64,000 nt of DNA from Cetorhinus maximus (Eukaryota). Position numbers and translations under genes: made by a program. Shown one piece after another: positions 50,560 through 62,700 of the stretch (its first letter is position 1; every line of letters begins with the position of its first letter). The stretch is from assembly GCF_964194155.1 (NCBI RefSeq), contig NC_135901.1, positions 30,566,001 to 30,630,000 on the forward strand. The letters run 5' to 3'. Below the pieces are notes generated by a model. The model was not told where the DNA came from. It ran no database searches and saw only the letters and a list, made by a program, of their open reading frames with translations.

Positions 50560-52784
50560 TTATGAAACAATCTGATAATTGATGACTAAAAATGGAATGA
50601 ATTGTAGTCCCTTCGAAAGCAGGAGGGCTATTGCCCAGCACAGAAGCTAATTTGGGATTTCTCCAGTAGACCAATCGAAAGGGACTTTTCCCTCCAACCA
50701 TCTGAAGTGAATTCTTTCCATGAATCATCCATGTCAGTGCAGTTGTCAACTTGCAGTTTGACTGATCAGCTAAGATTTTCTGCAGCATTTCATCGATCAC
50801 AGCATGATTCCTTTCACAGAGTCCATTGCTGAAAGGATTTTCAGCTGCGGTGTTCATGACCATAATGTTCATGTTTTCACACACGTCTCTAAACTCGTCA
50901 TTAGCAAATTTCCCCTCCATTATCAGTCAGAAACTTAGCTGGTAACCCAGGTCCAGTCCCTATCCATTTCTCCATGACTTGGTCTATAATCTCCCTTTTG
51001 CCCTTGCCATGTATTATTGAGAAAGACTAAATCGGTTACCATGTCTATAAAGTGTAGAATGAAAATATTTCTGTCTTTGTCCCATCCCTTTAGATCCATG
51101 GCAACGACCTGGTTAAAGTCATGTGCCAAGGGAAGGTTTACAATAGGATGTGACAGCGTCCTCCCATACTTTTTACACATTTCACACTTTGCTCTAATCT
51201 CCTCCATGAGCCTCGTATACTCTTCACCAACCACCCCTGCATCTTTTAGCAGGATTTGTTATCTTTGACAGGGTGAGCAAATTGCCTGTTTAGTTTTAAA
51301 ATAATTTGTTTTTTTCTCTCTGATTCTTATCATTGATGCCTTTAATCCTTCTCAAACACTCTGATCAGAAACATCAGGTATTGTTAAGGGGAGACGATGA
51401 TGTCCTGATTGAGTATGCTGCAGATCCACTGACTTTCCATGTCCAGTTGCATTTGTGCCATTTTTGTGGAAGGTTTACTCAACAGTAAGGGTATCACACT
51501 GGAGTACACACCAGTCCTGATAAAGTGGCTGACTCCAGCTATTTTGCAAAAATCCCCACTCTTTTTAGTGACATCAATGTGTTCACATCACCAAAGACAA
51601 GGCAAACTTTCATACTCCTTGTGTCAATCCTCATTACAAGGTGAATCTGGATAACATTTTCACCAACTGATCCACATGCTGACGAGGAGCAGCCACTGTC
51701 TAACACAGCACAGTTGAATGAGTCTGTGATGAACACAATCATCACTGGACCAAAGCTCCTTGTGACCTCTACAATTCCTTCAGAGTGATCATCATCATCA
51801 TCTTCAGCCTCAGAATTCTCTGTATCATGTGTCACTTCGAAGACCCTGATTTTCCACTTTGGGAAGGTCATCACATAATGATATTTTAAGTCAGACCTGA
51901 AACACCTGTTATTGTTCCTTGGTCATTCCTGGGGTTCATTCACCTATTAGTGCTGTTCCAGTCCCGTCTCTTGTTGTGATATCCAGATCTGCTAAAAATG
52001 TTTTCACCCTCATTTGAAACCTGTCAAAGTCCATCTATACTTCATAGGCATCCAATAGATCATCTTTCTTGTAAATCTCATCAATGAACCTGAACAGAAG
52101 ATCCAAACCTTCTTCAGTGACGGGCATCCAGCTCACTAAATATTTTGCTTCTGATTTTACTTTTGTTGGGAAGTGACAATGCCAAGACTAGACCTTGTTT
52201 CCTCCTTGGTAGGGACGTAACCCGTGTCCACATCTCCACTTCATTCTTCCACTGGTCGTGTGGCTCAGACTCCGAGAACATCGGCGGGTAATCAGACCCT
52301 GACAATTTCCATAACATAAAAGCAAATTACTGCAGATGCTGGAAATCTGACACAAAAACAGAAAGGGTTGGAAAAACTCAACATTCAAGCAGCATCTGTG
52401 GAGAGAGAAACAGAGTTAACGTTTTGAGTCCATATGACCCATCTTCAGAGCAATTCCCAGACAATTTCCACTTGTTTTCAGCCATTTCGCACAAAAGCTA
52501 CTCGGATTGTAAGCTTCTATCTGAAATTTTATTTTCCTTTAGTTTCCAACATCCACCATTAGACAAGTACTCTCTGTTACCATGTTATAATCCTGACAGC
52601 CTGATTGTGAAGGAAGAAACTGGAGCCAGTCTTTGCTTTGTACAGATTTATTCACAGTGTGAAACATTACAGGTACATACCTCCTGAATACACCCCATTA
52701 TGTGTCAGTAGTGTCTCTTTATATGTGCTCAAGTAACCATCCAATAAATGTCTTGCATCTGTATATATTTTACCTCAATTGACA
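50560..52784 (-). mobile_element. Decayed Ty1/Copia LTR retrotransposon, GalEa-like (5' LTR, PBS, gag, protease, integrase; RT lost)
   Basis: gag YPPMFSE..WKNEVEMW..KQG..LALSLP, protease AVLDSGCS, integrase CxxC..DFNQVVAMDLK..FID..PFSNGLCERNH, in gag-PR-IN order. ~200-bp LTR 52583-52784 (TGTCA..TAACA, with TATAAA and AATAAA) followed by PBS TGGTAACAGAG. A Penelope end is inserted at ~52315-52450. Confidence 0.82.
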
Positions 52785-52814
52785 CAATTAACTCCCACAG
52801 TCCGAGCAGGCTGG

Positions 52815-54293
52815 TTAACCGAGTGAATTCCTTCCCACATCGAGAGCGGGTGAATGGTCTTTTCCAGTGTGAACCTGTTGATGTGTCAGCAGGTGGGATA
52901 ATTGAGCGAATCCCTTCCCCCACACAGTGCAGGTGAACGGCCTCTCCCCGGTGTGAACTACCTGGTGTGCCACTAGGTGGGATGACTGAGTGAATCCCTT
53001 CCCACACACAGAGCAGGTGAATGGCTTCTCCCTGGTGTGAGTTACCTGGTGTGCCACTAGGTGCGCAGACTGAGTGAATCCCTTCCCACACACAGAGCAG
53101 GTGAACGGCCTCTCCCTGGTGTGAACTACCTTGTGTGCCACTAGGTGGGATGAATGAGTGAATCCCTTCCCACACTCGGAGCAGGTGAAAGGCCTCTCCC
53201 TGGTGTGAACTACCTGGTGTGCCACTAGATGGGATGAATGAGTGAATCCCTTCCCACACTCGGAGCAGGTGAATGGCTTCTCCCTGGTGTGAACTATCTG
53301 GTGTGCCACTAGGTGGGATGACTGAGTGAATCCCTTCCCACACTCAGAGCAGATGAATGGTTTCTCCCTGGTGTGAACTGCCTGGTGTGCCACGAGATGG
53401 GATGACTGAGTGAATCCCTTCCCACAAACAGAGCAGGTGAACGGCCTCTCCTCAGTGTGAACTACCTGGTGTGCCAGTAGGTGTGCAGACTGAGTGAATC
53501 CCTTCCCACACTCAGTGCAGGTAAACGACCTCTCCCGGGTGTGAACTGCCTGGTGTGCCACGAGGTGGGATGACTGAATGAATCCCTTCCCACACTCAGA
53601 GCAGGAGAACGGCTTCTCCCTGGTGTGAGCAACTTGGTGAGTCACTAGGTGGGATGACTGAGTGAATCCCTTCCCACAAATAGAGCAGGTGAACAGCCTC
53701 TCCCCAGTGTGAACTACCTGGTGTACCAGTAGGTGGGATGACTGAGTGAATTCTTTCCCACACTCAGAGCAGGTGAATGGCTTCTCCCTGGTGTGAACTA
53801 CCTGGTGTGCCACTAGGTGGGATGAATGAGTGAATCCTTTCCCACACACAGAGCAGGTGAGCAGCCTCTCCCTGGTGTGAGCTACCTGGTGTGCCAGTAA
53901 GTGTAATGGCTTACTGAATCCCTTCCCACACACAGAACAGGTGAGTGGCCTCTCCTTGGTGTGAGCCATCTGGTGTACCACTAGGTGGGATGACTGAGTG
54001 AATCCTTTCCCACACACACAGCAGGTGAGCAGCCTCTCCCTGGTGTGAGCGACCTGGTGTGCCACTAGGTGTGAGGAATGAGTGAATCATTTCCTCCACA
54101 CAGAGCAGTTGAGCGGCCTCTCCCTGGTGTGAGCGACCTGGTGTGCCACTAGGTGTGAGGAATGAGTGAATCCCTTCCCACACACAGGCCAGGTGAATGG
54201 CCTCTCCCTGGTGTGAATGTGTCGATGAGTTTCCAGTACAGATGTGGTTTGGAATCCCTTCCCACCATCCCCACATTTCCACAGTTTCTCCAT
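52815..54293 (-). pseudogene. C2H2 ZNF gene 8: homogenised array of ~17 units (13 intact), with an early in-frame stop
   Basis: ATG at 54293 (MEKLWKC), three damaged fingers, TGA at 54087-54089, then an open frame to 52815 with repeated (Q/H)SSHLVAH helices. The 3' end is frameshifted next to the Copia LTR. Confidence 0.8.
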
Positions 54294-55942
54294 GGTGCGT
54301 GTGCCCTTGTGTATCTCCACGTCTGTTGATCAATTGGTGCCTTGTCCACACACAGAACACATGTGTGGTGTCTCCCCTTTGTAAACGGTGTGATGTTTTT
54401 TCAGTCTGTGTAACTGCTTAAAGCTCTTTCCACAGTCAGTGCACTTGAACACTCTCACTCGGGTGTGTGTGTCTCTGTGCTTTTCCAATCACACTGATGT
54501 GTGAAACATTTTGAAGCAGTCAGAACAGACAATAATTTCTCCTTCTAGATTCAAAGGCCAATGATATTCAGGTCCTGATGAATCGAGTGACTCTGGCAGA
54601 TGTGAACGTGAATTTTGGTTTGAGAATTTCTAGCACAGACGGGTTCCGGAATCCCTTCCCACAGTCCCCACATTTCCATGGTTTCTCCATGGTGTGGGTG
54701 TCCTTATGTCTCTCTGTGTTTGACGATCAGTTGAAGCCTCATACATGCACAGAACACATGTACAGTCTCTCCCCGCTGTGAATGGTGTGATTTTTTTTTC
54801 AGGCTGTGTAACTGGTTAAAACTCTTTCCACAGTCAGTGCACTGGAACACTCTCACTCGGGTGTGTGTGTCTCGGTGCTTTTCCAATCACACCAATGTTT
54901 AGAATCTTTCCCCACAGACAGAACAGACAAACGTTTCTCCACATTCAAAGGTCAATTATGTTCGGGTCCTGATGAATTGAATGACACTGTGAGGGCTTGA
55001 TGTGATTTTTGGTTTGAGATTTCTGTCTGCAAATCCTCCCCCTCTAATATCCTGCAAAAGGAGTTTACTGTCAGTACAGGATAGAAATTCAGAATCGACA
55101 ATTCTAATTTCTATGAAACATTCTTTCCTCTCCTGTTCCCCAAAACCTGTAAATCTCTGTCCCACACATTCTCCCTCCAATCTCACTCTGCTGTACCTAA
55201 TGTACAACCTCTCAATTCTCCTGAAGGTGCAAATTCATCCCGATTGACAGATTCATGTTCAGCACTGTCAGTCCAGCAATCAGAGCTGTGAGCCATATGC
55301 ATGAACACATTACAGGAGTACAAATGTTGTAATATATAATATGCATTGCATGATTAGAGGTATGGGGGGATGCAAGAAACAACAGAATTTAGGAGTGAGT
55401 GATCATGACCTGAAATTCAGTGCGTCTGTGGATGGTGGAACTGGAGGTGATCATTGATTTCAGAATGAAATTCGATGGACACTTGATAGAAATACACTTG
55501 AAGGGGAACGGGGATATCGAAGGGGAATGGGACTGACTGGATTCTTCCACAGAGAGTCAGCATGGACTTGAGTTGCTGAATTAACTCCTTCTGTGCCGTA
55601 ATGACCCTATGACTGGAAATATATACACAGCTACAGTCCTATATTATACTATAGACATATCTCTGTCCTATATTAATTTACTGGCCCCTTAAATGTCAGC
55701 TATCTCCTGGGGAAACCCCTTTAATTGTGAACATTAGGAAAGAGACCATCTGTTTAGCCAGACAAATAAATGTGTCAAGCTGAGGGAGCAAAGGATGTCA
55801 ATGTCTTGAAGAGAGAGAGAGAGAGAGACCTGGGCCAACCTTTCCAGAGTCTGCACCCTCCCTGGATTCACTTCCTTTCCCTTCAGTTCCTGCAAGTAAA
55901 CAATTTAGAAAAGAAATGGAAAGGGTGAGAAAAGAGTGTTTT

Positions 55943-56195
55943 ACTCACAGATGTTGGACACAGGAAGAAGTTTTAATCTGTGTGAAGCTCAATCTTCATG
56001 CACACAAAGCCCGCGCTTTGATTGGCTGAAGGACAAGAGTCCTTCCGGTCCTCCAACCCTTCCCATTGGCCAGCTCCTGAGCAAGAAGGGAAGGGGCGGG
56101 CTCTCCCCTACACATGCGCAGCTTCTCCTCTCCCGAGTTCTTCGAGCGGCTTCTCGCTCTGGCTGGAGCCGTCAGCCGGTTGCCTGGAAACCTTA
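55943..56195 (-). promoter_or_regulatory. ZNF cassette promoter and exon 1 (gene 8)
   Basis: Donor 55948, acceptor 55052; TGCGCATG, GC box, two CCAAT, ACCGGAAG; homologous to 2469-2700. Confidence 0.7.
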
Positions 56196-56395
56196 ACAGA
56201 AACAGAAACACCTGGAAAAACTCAGCAGGTCCGGCAGCATCGACGGAGGAGAGCACAGTTGACGTCTCGAGTCCTCATGACCCTTCAACAGAACAGTTGA
56301 AAACTGTGGTTTTGGGACTCGAAACGTCAACTGATTTCTTCTCCACCGATGCTGCCAGACCGGCTGAGTTTTTCCAGGTAATTCTGTTTTTGTTT
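56195..56395. mobile_element. Two inverted Penelope termini at the axis of the gene 8/gene 9 divergent pair
   Basis: 56195-56295 and 56315-56395 are mutually inverted; no TSD. The right flank starts mid exon 1 of gene 9 (cagactaaaac..catct|gtgagt at 56428). Confidence 0.85.
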
Positions 56396-57582
56396 CAGAC
56401 TAAAACTTCCTCCTGTGTCCAACATCTGTGAGTAAAACACTTTCTTTTCTCCCCCTTTCCATTTCTTTTCTCATTCTGGGGGAAATTGTTGACTTGCAGG
56501 AACTGAAGGGAAAGGAAGTGAATCCAGGGAAGGTGCAGACTCTGGAAAGGTTGGCCCAGGTCTCTCTCTCTCTCTCTTAAAGACATTGACATCCTTTGCT
56601 CTCTCAGCTTGACACATTTATTTTTCTTGCTAAAATGATGGTCTCTTTGCTAATGTTCAGAGTCCAGTGTTGTTTAATGGTTCATATTAAATGTATTATT
56701 TCTGGTTCTCTAATAAAATACATTTATTATTTTTTCTAGTCCTGTAATATATTACTGTAGCTAGGTTATTTATTTCCAGCCATAGATTCATTACGAATAC
56801 AGGAGTCCATTCAGCAACTCAAATCCCTGTCGAGTCTCTGTAGAGCAATCCAGTCAGTCCTATTCCCTTTCTATATCCCCGTTCCCTTGCATGTTTATTT
56901 CCTTCAAGTTATCACTCAATTTCTTTTTGAAATCGTTCATCATCTCTGCTTCCACCAGTCAGTGAGTTCCAGGTCTCGCAGCCTACAGGTAGATTTTCAG
57001 GACTTTGTGTCCTGCACTGGAACCACTGAGCATGGATCAATCAATCAGCATGAATTGACACCTTCAGGAGTATTGGGAGGGTGTATATTAGGTACAGCAG
57101 AGTAGGAATGGAGGGAGAGTGTGTGGGACAGATTTACAGCTTTTGGGTGAGAGAGGAAAGAATGTTCCATAGAAACTAGAATTGTCTGTTCTGAATTTCT
57201 ATAATTGACTGACGGTGATGACTTTTGTAAACTCCTTTTACAGAATATTAGAAGTTGCAGACAGAAATCTCAAATCAAACGTCACATCAGGATCTGACAG
57301 AGTCACTCAATTCATCAGGAGCTGAATATCAATGGCTTTTGAATCTAGAAGGAGAAATGTTTGTCTGTTCTGTCTGCTTCCGATGGTTTTGAAATCAGGG
57401 TTATTGGAAATGCACTGAGACAGACACATCTGAGTGAGAGTGTTCCAGTGCACTGACTGTGGAAAGAGCTTTGACCAGTTACGCAGCCTGACAAAAAATC
57501 ACGAGAGGGACTGTACACATGCTCTGTGTGTGGACTGCTCAGTTGATCATTGAATCTGGGGCGACCTAAGGACACCCACACA

Positions 57583-58445
57583 ATGGAGAAACTGTGGAAA
57601 TGACGGGACTGTGGGAAGGGATTCATATCCCCATCAAAGCTGGAAATTCATCGACGCAGCCACACTGGAGAGAGGCTGTTCACCTGCTACATGTGTGGGG
57701 AGGGATTCACTCATTCATCCCACCTGATGAGACACCAGCGAGTTCACACCGGGGAGAGACCATTCACCTGCTCTGACTGTGGGAAGGGATTCACTGAGTC
57801 GTCTCACTTGCGGATACACCAGTGAGTTCACACCAGGGAGAGTCTGTTCATCTGCACCATGTGTGGGAAACGATTCACTCAGTCATCCAGTCTGCTGAGA
57901 CACCATGTCACTCACACTGATGAGAGACCCTTTAAATGTTCGAATGTGGGAGTAGCTTCAAAAGCTGTCGGGAACTGATGTTCCACCAGCGTTTTCACAC
58001 TGAGGAGAGACCGTTCAGCTGCTCTCTCCGCACAAAGAGGTTGAGAAGTTCATCCAACCTGCAGGAACACCAGCGACTGCACACCAGGGGGAGACCATTC
58101 ACCTGCTCTGAGTGTGGGAAAGGATTCATTCAGTTGTCCAAACTGCAGATGCACCAGCGAGTTCACACTGGGTAGAGGCCATTTACCTGCTCCAATAAGA
58201 GAAGGGATTTGCTTATTTATCCAGCCTACTGAGATACCAGCGAGCTCACAGTGGGGAGAGGCCATTCACCTGCTCGGAGCATGGGAAGGTATTCACATGA
58301 TTGTCCCACCTGTTGACACATCAGCAAGTTCACACTGGAGAGAGGCCATTCACCTGCACCGTGTGTGGGCAGCGATTCCCTCAGTCATCCAGCTGACACA
58401 CCATGTCACTCACACCAATGAGAGACCCTTTAAATGTGCTGACTG
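57583..58445 (+). pseudogene. C2H2 ZNF gene 9, multiply disrupted
   Basis: MEKLWK* followed by further stops and frameshifts; promoter missing; 3' end fused to the CR1 flank module at ~58447. Confidence 0.88.
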
Positions 58446-59794
58446 TATCTGGGCCCCACATTTTAGGAAAGATATGAAGTTCTTCCAGAGGGTGCAGAGG
58501 AGATTTATGACAATGGCACCAGGAATGAGGGACTTCAGTTATTTGCAGAGACTGGAGCAGCTGAATTTTTTGTCTTCGAATCATGGAGTCACTAAGATAT
58601 ACAAGGAGACTATTCAGCCCATCAAGTCCATGCGAGTTCTCTGTAGAGCAATCTAGACAGTCCCATTCCCCCATTCTATCACTGAGTCCATCCAATTGCC
58701 TTTTGAAATTGTTCATTGTCTTTGCTTCCCACCCCGCCCCTCATAGACAGCGAGTTCCAGGTCATTACCGCTCGCTGTGTAAAAATATTACTCCTCGCAT
58801 CCTCCCCGCATCTCCTGCCCAAAACCTTAAATCTGTGTCCCTCTCCTCCTTGTACCATCAGCGAATAGGAACAGCTTTTCTTTGTCCACCTTATCTAAAC
58901 CTGTCATAATCTTGTACACCTCTATCAAATCTCCCCTCAACCTCCCGGATTCAAGGAAAACAACCCCAGCCTGACGTCTAAAATAAATAAAACAATATGT
59001 TAATGCCTGAAATCAATTGGGAATGTTTGATTTCTGTTTTAAAGATATGATGAATATATTGTATTGGACAGTAAACGAATTGGAGTAACTCACCCGGGTG
59101 ATCAGTGGAATGTATCAATCTGGTATCCACCTGAATTCTAGTAAAAGTCAGGGAGGTGTAGATGAGATGAATAAGTTGATAGATTTCTCTGGGAGATATT
59201 TACATCCTTACCTATGAATTTTGTTTTAAAGAAAACCACATTTGACAGCCTGGCCACCACCTGAAATATCGGGACGATAACAGGGGGAGATAAGCAAAGA
59301 CAGACACTCACATTGGTCTTTTGATAAGCACACCTCAAAGTTCAGAATATGTGGCCTGACATTGGGATACCGGTGTGAGTGTGCAGATGTGATTTGTTAC
59401 GTGTGAAGACAATAGGACGCGTAAATTCATGGTGAAGTGGACTGAGGAACGGGTCCCAAACATACCCAGCTACTTGACAAACAACATGACATGAAATAGT
59501 TAATGTGACCAAGAGAATGAGACAATATTTTGACATCATCAAAGCATTGACACATACTCCAGAGAGAAACTGACTTTAAAACAATCAGTATAGAATTAAA
59601 CACACTGGTCATGGTCAAAAAGTGACTAAAATTGAACCAACAGAGATCAACATTTGGATTGGGTCAATTAAGTGCTTAGGAGAAATAATACTGAGTGACA
59701 ACTCTCCACAAGCTAGACAGGGTTCAGGAGAGAGCTGGAGAATATTTTACATCCTTGCTTGATCTGTTGCTTGAAGCATATGTCCTTATATACT

Positions 59795-62700
59795 GTCACA
59801 GAATCACAGTGCAGAAGAGGCCCTTCGGCCCATCGCATCTGCACTGACCTACCTACCTAATCCCATTTACCAGCACTTGGCCCATAGCCTTGAATGTTAT
59901 GACGTGCCAAGTGCTCATCCAGGTACTTTTTAAAGGATGTGAGGCAACCTGCCTCCACCACCCTCCCAGGCAGTGCATTCCAGACTGTCACCACCCTCTG
60001 GGTAAAAAAGTTTTTCCTCACATCCCCCCTAAACCTCCTGCCCCTCACCTTGAACTTATGCCCCCTTGTGACTGACCCTTCAACTAAGGGGAACAGCTGC
60101 TCCCTATCCACCCTGTCCATGCCCCTCATAATCTTGTACACCTCGATCAGGTCGCCCCTCAGTCTTCTCTGCTCCAGCGAAAACAACCCAAGTCTATCCA
60201 ACCTCTCTTCATAATTTAAATGTTTCATCCCAGGTAACATCCTGGTGAATCTCCTCTGCACCCCCTCCAGTGCAATCACATCCTTCCTATAATGTGGTGA
60301 CCAGAACTGCACAAGTACTCCAGCTGTGGCCTCACCTAGGTTCTATACAACTCCAACATGACCTCCCTACTTTTGTAATCTATGCCTTAATTGATAAAGG
60401 CAAGTGTCCCATATGCCTTTTTCACCATCCCACTAACATGCCCCTCTGCCTTCAGAGATCTATGGACACACACGCCAAGGTCCCTTTGTTTCTCAGAACT
60501 TCCTAGTGCCATGCTGTTCATTGAATACTTCCTTGTCAAATTACTCCTTCCAAAGTGTATCAGCTCACACTTTTCAGGGTTAAATTCCATCCGCCACTTA
60601 TCTGCCCATTTGACCATCCCATCTATATCTTCCTGTAGCTCAAGACACTCAAGCTCACTGTTAACCACCCGGCCAATCTTTGTGTCATCCGCAAACTTAA
60701 TCCTACACCCCACATAGTCATCTATGTCGTTTATATAAATGACAAATAATTGGGGACCGAGCACAGATCCCTGTGGTACGCCACTGGACACTGGCTTCCA
60801 GTCACTAAAGCATCCTTCTGTCATCACCCTCTGCCTCCTACAACTAAGCCAATTTTGAATCCACCTTATCAAATTACCCTGTATCCCATGTGCATTTGCC
60901 TTCTTTATAAGTCATGTGGGACCTTGTCAAAGGCTTTGATGAAATCCATATAAACTACATCAACTGCACTACCCTCACCGACATACCTGGTCACCTCCTC
61001 AAAAAATTCAATCAAATTTGTTAGGCATGACCTCCCTCTGACAAAGCCATGCTGACTATCCCTGATCAAACCTTACCTCTCGAAGTGGAGATAGATACTC
61101 TCCTTCAGAAATTTCTCCAATTGTTTCCTGAACACTGACGTGAGACTCACTGGCCTGCAGTTCCCTAGCTTATCTCTACAACCCTTCTTAAATAGCGGAA
61201 CCACATTAGCTGTTCTCCAGTCCTCTGGCACCTCCCCTGTGGCCAGAGAGGAATTAAAAATTTGGGTCAGGGCCCCTGCGATCTCCTCCCTTGCCTCCCT
61301 CAGCAGGCTTGGACACAAATCATCCGGACCTGGAGATTTGTCCACTTGTAAGCCTGCGAACACCTCCAATACCTTGAAAAAACTCAGCAGGTTTGGCAGC
61401 ATCGGCGGAGAAGAACAAAGTTGACATTTCGAGTCCTCATGACTCTTCAACAGAACTAAGTAAAAATAGGAGAGGGGTGAAATATAAGCTGGTTTAAGGT
61501 GGGGGGGTGGGGGGAGAGAAGTGGTGGGGTGGTGGTTGTAGAGACAAGCAAGCAGTGATAGGAGCAGATAATCAAAAGATGTCACAGACAAAAGAACAAA
61601 GAGGTGTTGAAGGTGGTGATATTATCTAAAAGAATGTGCTAATTAAGAATAGATGGCAGGACACGCAAGGTACAGATAGCTCTAGTGGAGGTGGGGTGAA
61701 ATAAGACTAAAAGGGCATAAAAGGTATAGATTTAAAAATAATGGAAATAGGTGGGAAAAGAAAAATCTATATAAATTATTGGAAAAAACAAAAGGGAGGG
61801 GGAAGAAACGGAAAGGGGGTGGGGATGGAGGAGGGAGTTCGAGATCTAAAGTTGTTGAACTCAATATTCAGTCCGGAAGGCTGTAAAGTGCCTAGTCGGA
61901 AGATGAGGTGCTGTTCCTCCAGTTTGCGTTGAGCTTCACTGGAACAATGCAGCAAGCCAAGGACAGACATGTGGGCAAGAGAGCAGGGTGGAGTGTTAAA
62001 ATGGCAAGCGACAGGGAGGTCTGGGTCATTCTTGCGGACAGACCGAAGGTGTTCTGCAAAGTGGTTGCCCAGTCTGCGTTTGGTCTCTCCACTGTAGAGG
62101 AGACCGCATTGGGAGCAACGAATGCAGTAGACTAAGTTGGGGGAAATGCAAGTGAAATGCTGCTTCACTTGAAAGGAGTGTTTGGGCCTTTGGACGGTGA
62201 GGAGAGAGGAAATGAAGGGGCAGGTGTTGCATATTTTGCGTATGCATGGGGAGGTGCCGTAGGTGGGGGTTGAGGAGTAGGGGGTGATGGAGGAGTGGAC
62301 CAGGGTGTCCCGGAGGGAACGATCCCTACGGAATGCCGTCAGGGGGGGTGAAGGGAAGATGTGTTTGATGGTGGCATCATGCTGGAGTTGGCGGAAATGA
62401 CGGAGAATGATCCTTTGAATGCGGAGGCTGGTGGGATGATAAGTGAGGATAAGGGGGACCCTATCATGTTTCTGGGAGGGAGGAGAAGGCATGAGGGCGG
62501 ATGCGCGGGAGATGGGCCGGACACGGTTGAGGGCCCTGTCAACGACCGTGGGTGGAAAACCTTGGTTAAGGAAGAAGGAGGACATGTCAGAGGAGCTGTT
62601 TTTGAAGGTAGCGTCATCAGAACAGATGCGACGGAGGCGAAGGAACTGAGAGAATGGGATGGAGTCCTTACAGGAAGCGGGGTGTGAGGAGCTGTAGTTG

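Noticed and set aside
1880-58445. ZNF cassette as an autonomous transposon
   Set aside because: No transposase or RT belongs to the unit, no consistent termini or TSDs, introns are retained, and duplication boundaries vary.
58114-58656. ZNF-CR1 fusion ORF
   Set aside because: Deletion junction in a promoter-less, multiply broken pseudogene; mostly out of the finger frame.
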